Source of the DNA: Candidatus Omnitrophota bacterium | GTDB taxonomy: Bacteria; Omnitrophota; Gorgyraeia; B26-G9 | Length of the DNA stretch: 64,000 bases | Direction of reading: 5' to 3' | Assembly (NCBI GenBank): GCA_018817585.1 | Contig: JAHITE010000007.1 | Span: 25,251 to 89,250, forward strand | In this document: piece after piece, positions 12,608 to 20,977 of the stretch | Numbering within the stretch: position 1 is the first letter of the stretch | Layout: the number at the start of each line of letters is the position of its first letter | Position numbers and translations under genes: made by a program | The notes under the pieces: generated by a model | What the model was told of the DNA's origin: nothing | Seen by the model: the letters and a program-made list of their open reading frames with translations, nothing else | Database searches by the model: none

Positions 12608-12712
12608 GATCCCGATTTTGATTAATTAAACAAGGATGTTATCAATTCCCAAGGGCGGGGAAATTAAGCGATCAATAACCCGAAATTTTGTTCCCTGCCT
12701 TTGGGAGGGATC
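12608..12712 (+). ncRNA. ANTAR target RNA (dual hexaloop) with competing 16-bp helix
   Basis: P1 AAC-AAGGAU-GUU (12629-40), 7-nt linker, P2 CCC-AAGGGC-GGG (12648-59); 12647-62 alternatively pairs with 12691-706; gatccc/gggatc closes the element. Confidence 0.75.
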
Positions 12713-12806
12713 AAAGAAAAACCACCTAAAAATCCGCAATCATATTTTGTGATATCTCTTTTTTAATGTTTTTAAGATATATAATTTATAAGTATATATT
12801 CTTTCT

Positions 12807-12836
12807 TGACAATTTTAGTCTTAAGGTTTTAAAATA
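12807..12836 (+). promoter_or_regulatory. Putative sigma70 promoter of the HD-GYP gene
   Basis: TTGACA-N18-TAAAAT. Confidence 0.45.
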
Positions 12837-12879
12837 TATTGATTGAAGCCGTTTACCGCTTTTCTTAGAAAGGAAAACA

Positions 12880-14091
12880 ATGAGTGACTTGCCTGAATCG
12901 CGTGAAAAAATACTTTTAGAAATTAATCAATTGCGTAAAAGAGTAGAAGAACTTCAAGGTTCAGAATTGAAATTTCAAAAAGCAGAGCAAGAATTAAGAC
13001 AATCTAAGGAATATGCGGAATTTGTTTTTCGATCTACTCCGAATGCGATTTTCACACTTGATCTCAACCGTATTGTAACAACTTGGAATAACAAAGCTGA
13101 AGAAATAACGGGTTATTCATACAAGGAGATTATCGGTAAACAGTGCACTGTTTTTGCTGATAGCCCCTGTAAGGATATGTGTCCGGTTTTTTCTGATAAT
13201 GTCGAAAAGCCTATTGTTAATGCCGAGTGCTCGATTAAGAGAAAAGATGGGAAGATAATCGTTATTTCAAAAAATGCTGAAATATTAAAAGATGAACAGG
13301 AAAATACTATTGGCGCGATAGAATCATTTGAAGATATTACCGGGAGAAAAAAAGAAGAACAATCGTTTCAAAAATCATATCAAAATTTAGAAATGCAGAT
13401 TCAGGAACGGACTGCGGAACTTTCTAAGATGAATGAAGCTTTACTTGTTGAAATTATGCAAAGAAAAAAAGTACAGAAAAATTTTGAGGATGGCAATGAA
13501 AAATTACAGAGAGTGTTAAATGAAACAATCAGTGCTCTTGCTTTTACAGTTGAAAAAAGGGATCCATATACTGCGGGGCATCAGGAACGAGTAACTCAAC
13601 TGGCAGAAGCAATTGCTCGAGAGATGAAATTATCTACTGATCAGATATTGGGTGTTAAAACCGCGGCAATGATTCATGACATAGGCAAAATTTGTATCCC
13701 TGCGGAAATTTTAAGCAAGCCTTCTAAACTAACTACTTATGAATTTAATATTATTAAAGCCCATCCGGAAGTTGGTTACGATATATTAAAGGACATTGAA
13801 TTTCCTTGGCCTGTTTCTTCAATTGTTGCTCAGCATCATGAAAGAATGGATGGTAGCGGTTATCCTAATTCTTTAAAAGGCAATGAGATATTAATTGAGG
13901 CTCATATCCTAATTGTTGCCGATGTGGTTGAAGCAATGGCTTCTCACCGGCCTTATAGGCCTGCCTTGGGGATTGAGCGGGCTTTAGATGAAATAGTTAG
14001 TAAAAAAGGAACGCTCTATAATGAAGATGTTGTAGTGGCTTGTATTAAGCTATTTATGGAGCAGGGCTTTAAGCTAGAGCAAATAATATAG
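12880..14091 (+). CDS. PAS + HD-GYP cyclic-dinucleotide phosphodiesterase
   Basis: WNNKAEEITGY PAS; RDPYTAGHQERV, IHDIGK, HHERMDGSGYP. Confidence 0.93.
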   Translation: MSDLPESREKILLEINQLRKRVEELQGSELKFQKAEQELRQSKEYAEFVFRSTPNAIFTLDLNRIVTTWNNKAEEITGYSYKEIIGKQCTVFADSPCKDMCPVFSDNVEKPIVNAECSIKRKDGKIIVISKNAEILKDEQENTIGAIESFEDITGRKKEEQSFQKSYQNLEMQIQERTAELSKMNEALLVEIMQRKKVQKNFEDGNEKLQRVLNETISALAFTVEKRDPYTAGHQERVTQLAEAIAREMKLSTDQILGVKTAAMIHDIGKICIPAEILSKPSKLTTYEFNIIKAHPEVGYDILKDIEFPWPVSSIVAQHHERMDGSGYPNSLKGNEILIEAHILIVADVVEAMASHRPYRPALGIERALDEIVSKKGTLYNEDVVVACIKLFMEQGFKLEQII

Positions 14092-14225
14092 AGTTAATTT
14101 AGTTCTCATAACTATATTTATTTTGACGTTTGGAAGCTTTTCTATCTTTAAAATAATTGACTTTTTATTTGTTTTAGTGTATCTTGAAAGTGTATCTTGA
14201 ATAATCATAGATGGGGGAGGCTTAA

Positions 14226-14540
14226 TTGAAGAAAAAAATAATGTTTGTAGGTGTGTTTGCTTTGGTTCTGGGCGCAATTTGTATTTCTACATCTTTTGCT
14301 GCAATGCCGGATGCGAATAATGTTAAGGAATTTCATGAAGGAGCGACTGTGGGATGTACAGTTTGTCATACAGAAGGAAACTTTAAAGAACTTAACAGCT
14401 ATGGTAATGCATACAATGATGCTGGTAGAAATGTGGATGCAGTCAAAGCTATTGATGACGAAGATAGTGACGAAGATGGTGTTTCCAACTATGACGAAAT
14501 CAAAGCTGGTACTAATCCAGGTGATGCTACAAGCAAATAA
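14226..14540 (+). CDS. Secreted small monoheme c-type protein with thrombospondin type-3-like Ca-binding repeat
   Basis: GGGGAGG RBS, TTG start, signal peptide, CTVCH, DSDEDGVSNYDEIKAGTNPGD. Confidence 0.8.
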   Translation: MKKKIMFVGVFALVLGAICISTSFAAMPDANNVKEFHEGATVGCTVCHTEGNFKELNSYGNAYNDAGRNVDAVKAIDDEDSDEDGVSNYDEIKAGTNPGDATSK

Positions 14541-14563
14541 TATAAACGGTATTTATTAGTCGG

Positions 14564-14597
14564 ATGGCTAGAACATATGCAATGTTCTAGCCATTTT
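14564..14597 (+). terminator. Intrinsic terminator
   Basis: Perfect 13-bp stem atggctagaacat/atgttctagccat followed by T's. Confidence 0.75.
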
Positions 14598-14626
14598 ACT
14601 ATTTATTGGATGAAGGAAATGATTTG

Positions 14627-15325
14627 ATGGAAAATGAAAAATTCAGAGCGACTATTTTTGAGGATAAAGATATTCTTATTGTTAATAAGCCCAGCGGTTT
14701 GCTGACTGTGGCTGCTCCAAATGATAAAGAGGAGAATCTAAGCGCATTATTAAATGATTTAAATCTACGACAAAATAACACTTTTAAAATTTTCCCATGT
14801 CATCGCCTCGATAAAGAGACTTCGGGTGTATTGATTTTTGCAAAGGGAAAAGCTGTCCAGCAGACTATTATGGATCAGTTTAGAGCCAAGAATGTCAATA
14901 AAGTATACATTGCTTTTGTTCAGGGCTTGATAAATAAGCCATCAGGAGTTCTGAAAAGTTATATTCAAGGATCTTGGCCTTATCGGCGAAATGAGCAAAA
15001 AAAACTCGCGATTACTAAATTTAAACTTATCTCTTGTGGTGAAAATTTTAGTGTATTGAAGCTAGAGCCGATTACTGGAAGAACTAATCAAATCAGAATA
15101 CAATTTAAGGATATAGGTCATCCTTTAGTGGGAGAAAGACGCTTTGTTATGGCCCGTGATTGGCCGGTAAAGTTTAAACGCGTTGCTTTACATGCTTTTA
15201 GTGTTACATTTACACACCCAACTAAAAATGTTCCAGTTACTTTTAATGCTGAATTACCCCGTGACATGATTAATTTCTTAATCAATAACGGAATTGATGA
15301 TTTTAATAATAAATTTCTTTTATAA
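14627..15325 (+). CDS. RluA-family RNA pseudouridine synthase
   Basis: VNKPSGL, HRLDKETSG, TGRTNQIR, GHPLVG; ATG 14627 preferred after GAAGGA. Confidence 0.93.
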   Translation: MENEKFRATIFEDKDILIVNKPSGLLTVAAPNDKEENLSALLNDLNLRQNNTFKIFPCHRLDKETSGVLIFAKGKAVQQTIMDQFRAKNVNKVYIAFVQGLINKPSGVLKSYIQGSWPYRRNEQKKLAITKFKLISCGENFSVLKLEPITGRTNQIRIQFKDIGHPLVGERRFVMARDWPVKFKRVALHAFSVTFTHPTKNVPVTFNAELPRDMINFLINNGIDDFNNKFLL

Positions 15326-15413
15326 GCATTAGCTTGTACCTGTTTATTGAGTATGTTACAATAAAATAACTAATAATAAGGTTTAGCAGCGGTTAAGTCT
15401 TAGGAGCAAGGGA

Positions 15414-16232
15414 TTGAAGTACTTATATTTAGCGCTATTGCAAGGTTTAACAGAATTTCTGCCAGTATCCAGTTCTGGTCATTTGGTTTTTTATCAAAAG
15501 GTTTTTGGTTTTCAGGAGCCGCTTCTTTGCTTTGATATTATTTTACATTTGGCTACAGCTTTATCAGTTATAATTTTCCTTAAAAAAGATTTAAAAACAA
15601 TAATGGCGGAAACTTTTATTTCTCTTAAACAAATAATTAGCGGAAAAAAATTTATATTTATTTGGCAGGAAAATAGTAGTTTTAGGTTGGGAATACTTAT
15701 TTTTATTGCCATTTTGCCTGCGATTGTTTTTGGATTATTATTTAGTAATATAATTGAAGTAATGTTTGGGTCTTTAAAACTTGTGGGCATAACATTTTTA
15801 TTTACTGGTACAATTTTATTTTTAACTAAATATGCAAATCAAAAAACCCGAAGTGAGTTTAATTTAAAAGATGCTTTGATTGTCGGCTTGGCTCAAGCTG
15901 TGGCAATAATCCCTGGCATATCACGTTCAGGATCAACGATAGCATGTGGAATGTTTAGGGGAATAGATAAAAATTTAGCAGCAAGGTTTTCTTTTATCCT
16001 GGCAGTTCCGACTATAATTGCGGCAGGGATATACAAGCTTAAGCATGGTATAGGTGAAATTAATCTAAGTATATTAATGATTATTATCTCTTTTTGTGTT
16101 GCTTTTCTTAGCGGATATATATCATTAATATTCCTTTCCAAAATGATTGCTAAGGCTAAATTTCATTATTTCGCGTATTATTGCTGGTTAATGGGCGCAA
16201 TAAGTATATACTTAACTATTTTTTATTATTGA
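15414..16232 (+). CDS. uppP: Undecaprenyl-diphosphate phosphatase
   Basis: QGLTEFLPVSSSGH, PGISRSGST; upstream TTGTAC-N17-TACAAT at 15334-15362. Confidence 0.95.
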   Translation: MKYLYLALLQGLTEFLPVSSSGHLVFYQKVFGFQEPLLCFDIILHLATALSVIIFLKKDLKTIMAETFISLKQIISGKKFIFIWQENSSFRLGILIFIAILPAIVFGLLFSNIIEVMFGSLKLVGITFLFTGTILFLTKYANQKTRSEFNLKDALIVGLAQAVAIIPGISRSGSTIACGMFRGIDKNLAARFSFILAVPTIIAAGIYKLKHGIGEINLSILMIIISFCVAFLSGYISLIFLSKMIAKAKFHYFAYYCWLMGAISIYLTIFYY

Positions 16233-16257
16233 AAACGGTTTTAACAAGAGGTACTGT

Positions 16258-17517
16258 GTGAATAATAATGCAGGCTGTTCGGTATTAATCCTGGGTGGTG
16301 GAAGAGGTACCCGTCTTTTCCCTTTAACATTGGAAAGAAGTAAGCCGGCTATTGGATTTGCCGGTAAATATAGATTAATTGATATTCCTATTTCTAATTC
16401 AATAAATTCTGGCTATAATAAAATTTTTGTTTTAACTCAGTTTCTTTCAGCAAGTTTGCATGGACATCTTATGCAAACTTATCGTTTTGACAATTTCTCA
16501 AAAGGGTTTGTTGAAATCCTTTCCGCTGAGCAGTCGCATAAAAGTTCTGAATGGTTTCAGGGGACAGCTGATGCTGTTCGCTGTGTTTTAAGACATTTGC
16601 GCTATATGCCGGAAGAACATGTATTGATTTTATCCGGCGATCATCTTTACAAAATGGATTACAGAAAAATGCTAAATTACCATGTTCAGAAAAACGCGGA
16701 AGTAACTGTTTCTTCTATTTTTGTGGATGAAAGCGAAGCCTCGCGTATGGGCATTCTTGATGTATCTGCTTTCGGAAGACTGAATCGGGTAATTGAAAAA
16801 CCGGCTAATGTTAAAAAACTAAAAATTTCATCAAAATCAATTAAACAAGATGACGGGATGCATAAAGAGTATTGCGCGTCCATGGGGATATATTTATTTA
16901 ATAAAGATGTTTTATTTAATATTTTATCAACGACAAAATCAGCTGATTTTGGTAAACATATACTTCCTTTACTGGTTAAAAATAAAGCTAAAGTGTTTTC
17001 CTATGATTTTAATGGTTATTGGCGTGATATTGGTACAATAAAGAGCTATTATGATGCAAGTATGGATTTATTGAGCGATAAACCAGGCTTTGATTTGTTT
17101 GACGCTAATATGCCGTTGCTTACTCGAGCGCGGCTTTTACCTCCGAATAAAATAATTGACTCTAAAATAACAAGATCAATTATCTCGGAAGGTTGTTTAA
17201 TAAAAAAGGCTAGCATCGAAAATTCAATTATCGGATTGCGAAGTTATATTAAGGATAATGCGATAATTAAAAACTCTGTGATAATCGGTAATGATTATTA
17301 TAGTGATCCATTAAACAAAGATCATTCAACTTCCTTTATTGGTAAGGGCGTTATTTTGGAAAGAACAATTGTTGATAAGAATGTTACAATTTGTGATTTT
17401 ACCCAGATTACTGACAAAAGGAATCATAAAGATATGGATGGAGATCTCTATTATATTCGCGATGGGGTAACTATCGTAAGGCGGGGAGTTGTTATCCCTC
17501 CGCATTCAATAATATAG
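16258..17517 (+). CDS. glgC: Glucose-1-phosphate adenylyltransferase
   Basis: GGGRGTRLFPLT, SKPA, WFQGTADAV, SGDHLYKMDY, YWRDIGT. Confidence 0.95.
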   Translation: MNNNAGCSVLILGGGRGTRLFPLTLERSKPAIGFAGKYRLIDIPISNSINSGYNKIFVLTQFLSASLHGHLMQTYRFDNFSKGFVEILSAEQSHKSSEWFQGTADAVRCVLRHLRYMPEEHVLILSGDHLYKMDYRKMLNYHVQKNAEVTVSSIFVDESEASRMGILDVSAFGRLNRVIEKPANVKKLKISSKSIKQDDGMHKEYCASMGIYLFNKDVLFNILSTTKSADFGKHILPLLVKNKAKVFSYDFNGYWRDIGTIKSYYDASMDLLSDKPGFDLFDANMPLLTRARLLPPNKIIDSKITRSIISEGCLIKKASIENSIIGLRSYIKDNAIIKNSVIIGNDYYSDPLNKDHSTSFIGKGVILERTIVDKNVTICDFTQITDKRNHKDMDGDLYYIRDGVTIVRRGVVIPPHSII

Positions 17518-17560
17518 TTATGGTTAAGTTTGTTTATAATTAAAAGAAAGGGGGATTAAG

Positions 17561-17875
17561 ATGTTTGAAATTTTAGAAAAATTAGTTTTAGCGGGTGTGG
17601 GATTTGCTAGTTTAACTAAGGAAAAAGCAGAAAAAATAGTTGACGCGTTGATTGCTAAGGGGCAGGTTAAAGCCAAGGATAAAAAGGCGATGTTAAGTCG
17701 ATTGCTTAAGCATACGCAAAAACTAGATAAAGATATTGAAAATAAAATGAGACAGGTATCTTTAAATGTAGTAAAAAGTTCGCAAAAACAAATAGATGCT
17801 TTAAATCGGAAATTAGCGCAGTTAAATAAAGATATAAGCAGCGTAAAACAGAAAAGTGGCAAGAAGAAAAAATAG
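17561..17875 (+). CDS. Phasin-like (PhaF/PhaI-type) granule-associated protein, copy 1
   Basis: LAGVGFASLTKEKAEKIVDALIAKG pattern, amphipathic helices, basic tail. Confidence 0.7.
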   Translation: MFEILEKLVLAGVGFASLTKEKAEKIVDALIAKGQVKAKDKKAMLSRLLKHTQKLDKDIENKMRQVSLNVVKSSQKQIDALNRKLAQLNKDISSVKQKSGKKKK

Positions 17876-17907
17876 TTTGTGGGTAACTTACAATAAGGAG
17901 GATAATA

Positions 17908-18270
17908 ATGTTTGAATTGATTGAAAAAATTATACTCGCTGGTGTTGGCTTGGCAAATTTAACTAGAGAAAAAGCGGAAAGTCTTGTTGATGCTTTGATT
18001 AAAAAAGGGCAAATACAGGCAAAAGATAAAAAGGCAGTTTTAAGCCGGTTGTTAAAAAGCACAGAGCAATTAGATCGTGATCTTGAGAAAAAGATGAAAC
18101 AAGTATCTTTGAGTGTAGTGAAGAATTCCCAGAAGCAGATTGATGCTTTGAATAATAAATTAGCGCAGCTTGCTAAAGCTTTAGAATCAGAAAAGAAAAA
18201 AAGTAAAGTTGTTAAGGCTCCTTTGGCTGTAAAGAAAAAAGTAAAGGCTCAAGCAAAGAAAAAAGTCTAA
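17908..18270 (+). CDS. Phasin-like protein, copy 2, with Lys/Ala/Val tail
   Basis: 65/88 identical to copy 1 by hand alignment; AAGGAGG RBS. Confidence 0.72.
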   Translation: MFELIEKIILAGVGLANLTREKAESLVDALIKKGQIQAKDKKAVLSRLLKSTEQLDRDLEKKMKQVSLSVVKNSQKQIDALNNKLAQLAKALESEKKKSKVVKAPLAVKKKVKAQAKKKV

Positions 18271-19958
18271 TGCCTTTTAGAATCAAAGCAATGGTCGGAG
18301 ATATTAACCGATTAAGAGTAATATTAGTTATTCTTTTTGAAGAAGGATTTGGCTTCCTTATTGAGCGAGTAAGGTTGGCCTATTTACTACCGTTTAAATT
18401 AAGATTGCTGAGAATGTTTCGGCGGTGTAAGCCAGTATGCAAATTGAATGAAAAGGTTGTTTCGCTACCTGAACGTCTTTGTAGAGTATTTGAACGATTG
18501 GGGCCTACGTATGTAAAATTTGGACAAGTTTTAAGTTTACGTTCAGATATTATCCCTCTGGAATATATTAATCAATTAGAGAATCTACAAACAAATGCCA
18601 ATACTTTTGCTTATGAAAAAGTAAAAGAAATTATTCTCGAAGAATTTGATAAAGACATTGGCCAAGTTTACAAAACATTTTCCGAAAAACCTTTTGCCGC
18701 GGCAAGTCTAGCTCAGGTGCATGCCGCAAAATTAGCTGATGGAACAGACGTTGCGGTTAAGGTTCAAAGGCCTGATATCAGAGGAATCATAGAAAATGAT
18801 ATTCATATTCTATTTTTTTTGGCCGCGCTTGTAGAAAAATATGTCAAAGAAATAATGTATATCCAGCCGGTACAATTGGTAAGAGATTTTTCAGAGTGGA
18901 CAATGAGAGAATTAGACTTTAGTATCGAAGCTGCTAATGGTGAGAGGTTCCGTCAAAATTTTTTAGATGATCAACGTTTTTATTTTCCTCAAATACACTG
19001 GGATTATTCCACAAAGAGAGTTCTGACAATGGAATTAATTAAGGGTATAAAACTGTCAGATGCCTCGGAAATTGTAAAATCAGGGGGTGATCCATATGTC
19101 TTGGCAATAAACGGCTTAGACTTAGGACTTAGACAGTTTTTTATCCATGGTTTTTTTCAGGCAGATCCCCATCCAGGAAATTTTTTAGTTTTAAAAGATA
19201 ATGTTCTATGTTTGCATGATTTTGGAATGGTGGGATATTTGGATAGGCATATGCGTGATACCCTAGCCGCTGTTTTTATGTCTTTTGTGGAAAAAAATGC
19301 AGAGTTAACTTCCCAAAAGATGCTTCATTTAGCGCCGAATTTTTCTCTACAAGCTGGGGAAGAATTTGCGCAAAGGGCAATGCCCATTTTAAGCACATGG
19401 TTTTATTCTAAAAAGCTGGAAAAAAGTTTTGCTAAGATGTTCTATCATCTTGTAATCGAAGGAGCAAAAAGCGGTTTATATTTTCCCCGAAACTTGGTAT
19501 TATGTTCTAGAGCACTATTAATAATGGAAGGAACTGGACTTAAATTGTGCCCGGAGTTTAAATTGTATGATGAGGTTGCTCCTTTGTTTGAAAATGTGAT
19601 AAAAGAAAAATTTAATCCAAAACTGGTATTAAAAGATATGGAAATGGGAATTATTGAATATTTGAATATTTTACAGCAATTACCAGAAAACACTTTAAAG
19701 CTTATTGAAAAAATAGAAAAAGGTCAAATTGATGTAAAAATTGATAAAAGTGAAATAATGGCAATTAAAGACGAAATGGAGAGAGTTAATAATATTCGGT
19801 TAATTTCAATAATTATTATCACTTTTCTTGTTTCAGCTGCTATTATATTAAGGCTTGAACAGCAGACTCTAATTTTTGGGTTTTCAGTGGCAAAGATCGA
19901 GCTTGTAGTCTCTTTTGTACTATCGGTTTGGTTGGCATTAATAATCAGAAAAAAATAA
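18270..19958 (+). CDS. AarF/UbiB (ABC1) atypical kinase
   Basis: LGPTYVKFGQ, AAASLAQVH, VAVKVQRP, ADPHPGN, DFG, C-terminal TMs. Confidence 0.93.
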   Translation: MPFRIKAMVGDINRLRVILVILFEEGFGFLIERVRLAYLLPFKLRLLRMFRRCKPVCKLNEKVVSLPERLCRVFERLGPTYVKFGQVLSLRSDIIPLEYINQLENLQTNANTFAYEKVKEIILEEFDKDIGQVYKTFSEKPFAAASLAQVHAAKLADGTDVAVKVQRPDIRGIIENDIHILFFLAALVEKYVKEIMYIQPVQLVRDFSEWTMRELDFSIEAANGERFRQNFLDDQRFYFPQIHWDYSTKRVLTMELIKGIKLSDASEIVKSGGDPYVLAINGLDLGLRQFFIHGFFQADPHPGNFLVLKDNVLCLHDFGMVGYLDRHMRDTLAAVFMSFVEKNAELTSQKMLHLAPNFSLQAGEEFAQRAMPILSTWFYSKKLEKSFAKMFYHLVIEGAKSGLYFPRNLVLCSRALLIMEGTGLKLCPEFKLYDEVAPLFENVIKEKFNPKLVLKDMEMGIIEYLNILQQLPENTLKLIEKIEKGQIDVKIDKSEIMAIKDEMERVNNIRLISIIIITFLVSAAIILRLEQQTLIFGFSVAKIELVVSFVLSVWLALIIRKK

Positions 19959-19968
19959 AGGGGGGGAG

Positions 19969-20190
19969 ATGGAAAAAAAGATTTTAAAAAAAATTCCTCA
20001 GAAGGCAGTTAAAATATTTAAAATAGCTAATCGCAAAGGATATGGAGCGTTGTGTATAAATAATCTTACTGAAGGTTTAACTCCGGCACTAGCTTATATG
20101 CGGATGCTAAAGGCTGTTAAAAGAAGTGGTTTCGAACTGCCTGAAATTACTTCAGAACAAGTTAAAAAATGCGTTGTTTCTGAGATTTAA
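19969..20190 (+). CDS. Small hypothetical protein
   Basis: G-rich RBS, 73 aa, same strand as operon. Confidence 0.6.
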   Translation: MEKKILKKIPQKAVKIFKIANRKGYGALCINNLTEGLTPALAYMRMLKAVKRSGFELPEITSEQVKKCVVSEI

Positions 20191-20299
20191 TTTTCCTTGA
20201 TAAATAAGCTTTATTGTGCTAGTATTGGGAAGAATTTCATCATTTTCAAAATTAAGTACATTCCTTGGGTTATTTTCTTTAATTTTAACAGAAGGTCAT

Positions 20300-20950
20300 A
20301 TGAATACACAATATAGAGCGATTGAGCGTATTGAGACAAATATGGAATCAATAGAAGTTGGTAGTTTGCGTTATTCTATTTTAAATTGCGCTAAGAATTT
20401 TAAAAGTTCCTGGCTTGAACTTGGACAGCATTTGGTTTCAGTATATAACGATAAATTATACAAAGAGTGGGGTTATCTTACATTTGAAGCTTATTGTTCC
20501 AAGGAAATCGGGATAAGAAAGCAAACTGGTTTTAAGCTTTTAAGATCGTATCACTTTCTTGAGCAAGAGGAACCCCAATACATTAAAAAAGAATATATCG
20601 ATTCCGCGGATGGTAAAAATATTCCCTCTTTCGAGGCAGTGCATACGCTTAGCCAGGTAAAGGCTAATAAAAATTTAGGCAATGATGATTATGAGAAAAT
20701 GAAACGGCATATATTTGAAGAAGGTAAGCCTGATAAAGAAGTAAAAGATGTTTATCAGTCTATGGTTAAGCAAGTTAAAGAAAACAGCCCGGAAGAAGAG
20801 CATAAGTTAAGAAGATTAAAATATTTACGTCGCGTTGTCGGCTCGTTAAATTCAATTAGAAAAGAGATACAGTTAAGTAAATTTCTTTCTGACGATATTC
20901 TTAAAGAATTAGATGTTATAATTATAAAAATTGAAGTTGAAATCGGATAA
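20300..20950 (+). CDS. DUF3102-like putative DNA-binding protein
   Basis: WLELG..L...LYKEWGYLTFEAYC..EIGIRKQTGFKL; promoter TTGATA-N17-TAGTAT (20197-20225) favours ATG 20300. Confidence 0.6.
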   Translation: MNTQYRAIERIETNMESIEVGSLRYSILNCAKNFKSSWLELGQHLVSVYNDKLYKEWGYLTFEAYCSKEIGIRKQTGFKLLRSYHFLEQEEPQYIKKEYIDSADGKNIPSFEAVHTLSQVKANKNLGNDDYEKMKRHIFEEGKPDKEVKDVYQSMVKQVKENSPEEEHKLRRLKYLRRVVGSLNSIRKEIQLSKFLSDDILKELDVIIIKIEVEIG

Positions 20951-20977
20951 AATCCGTTCCTATTTTTTGGAGGAGTA

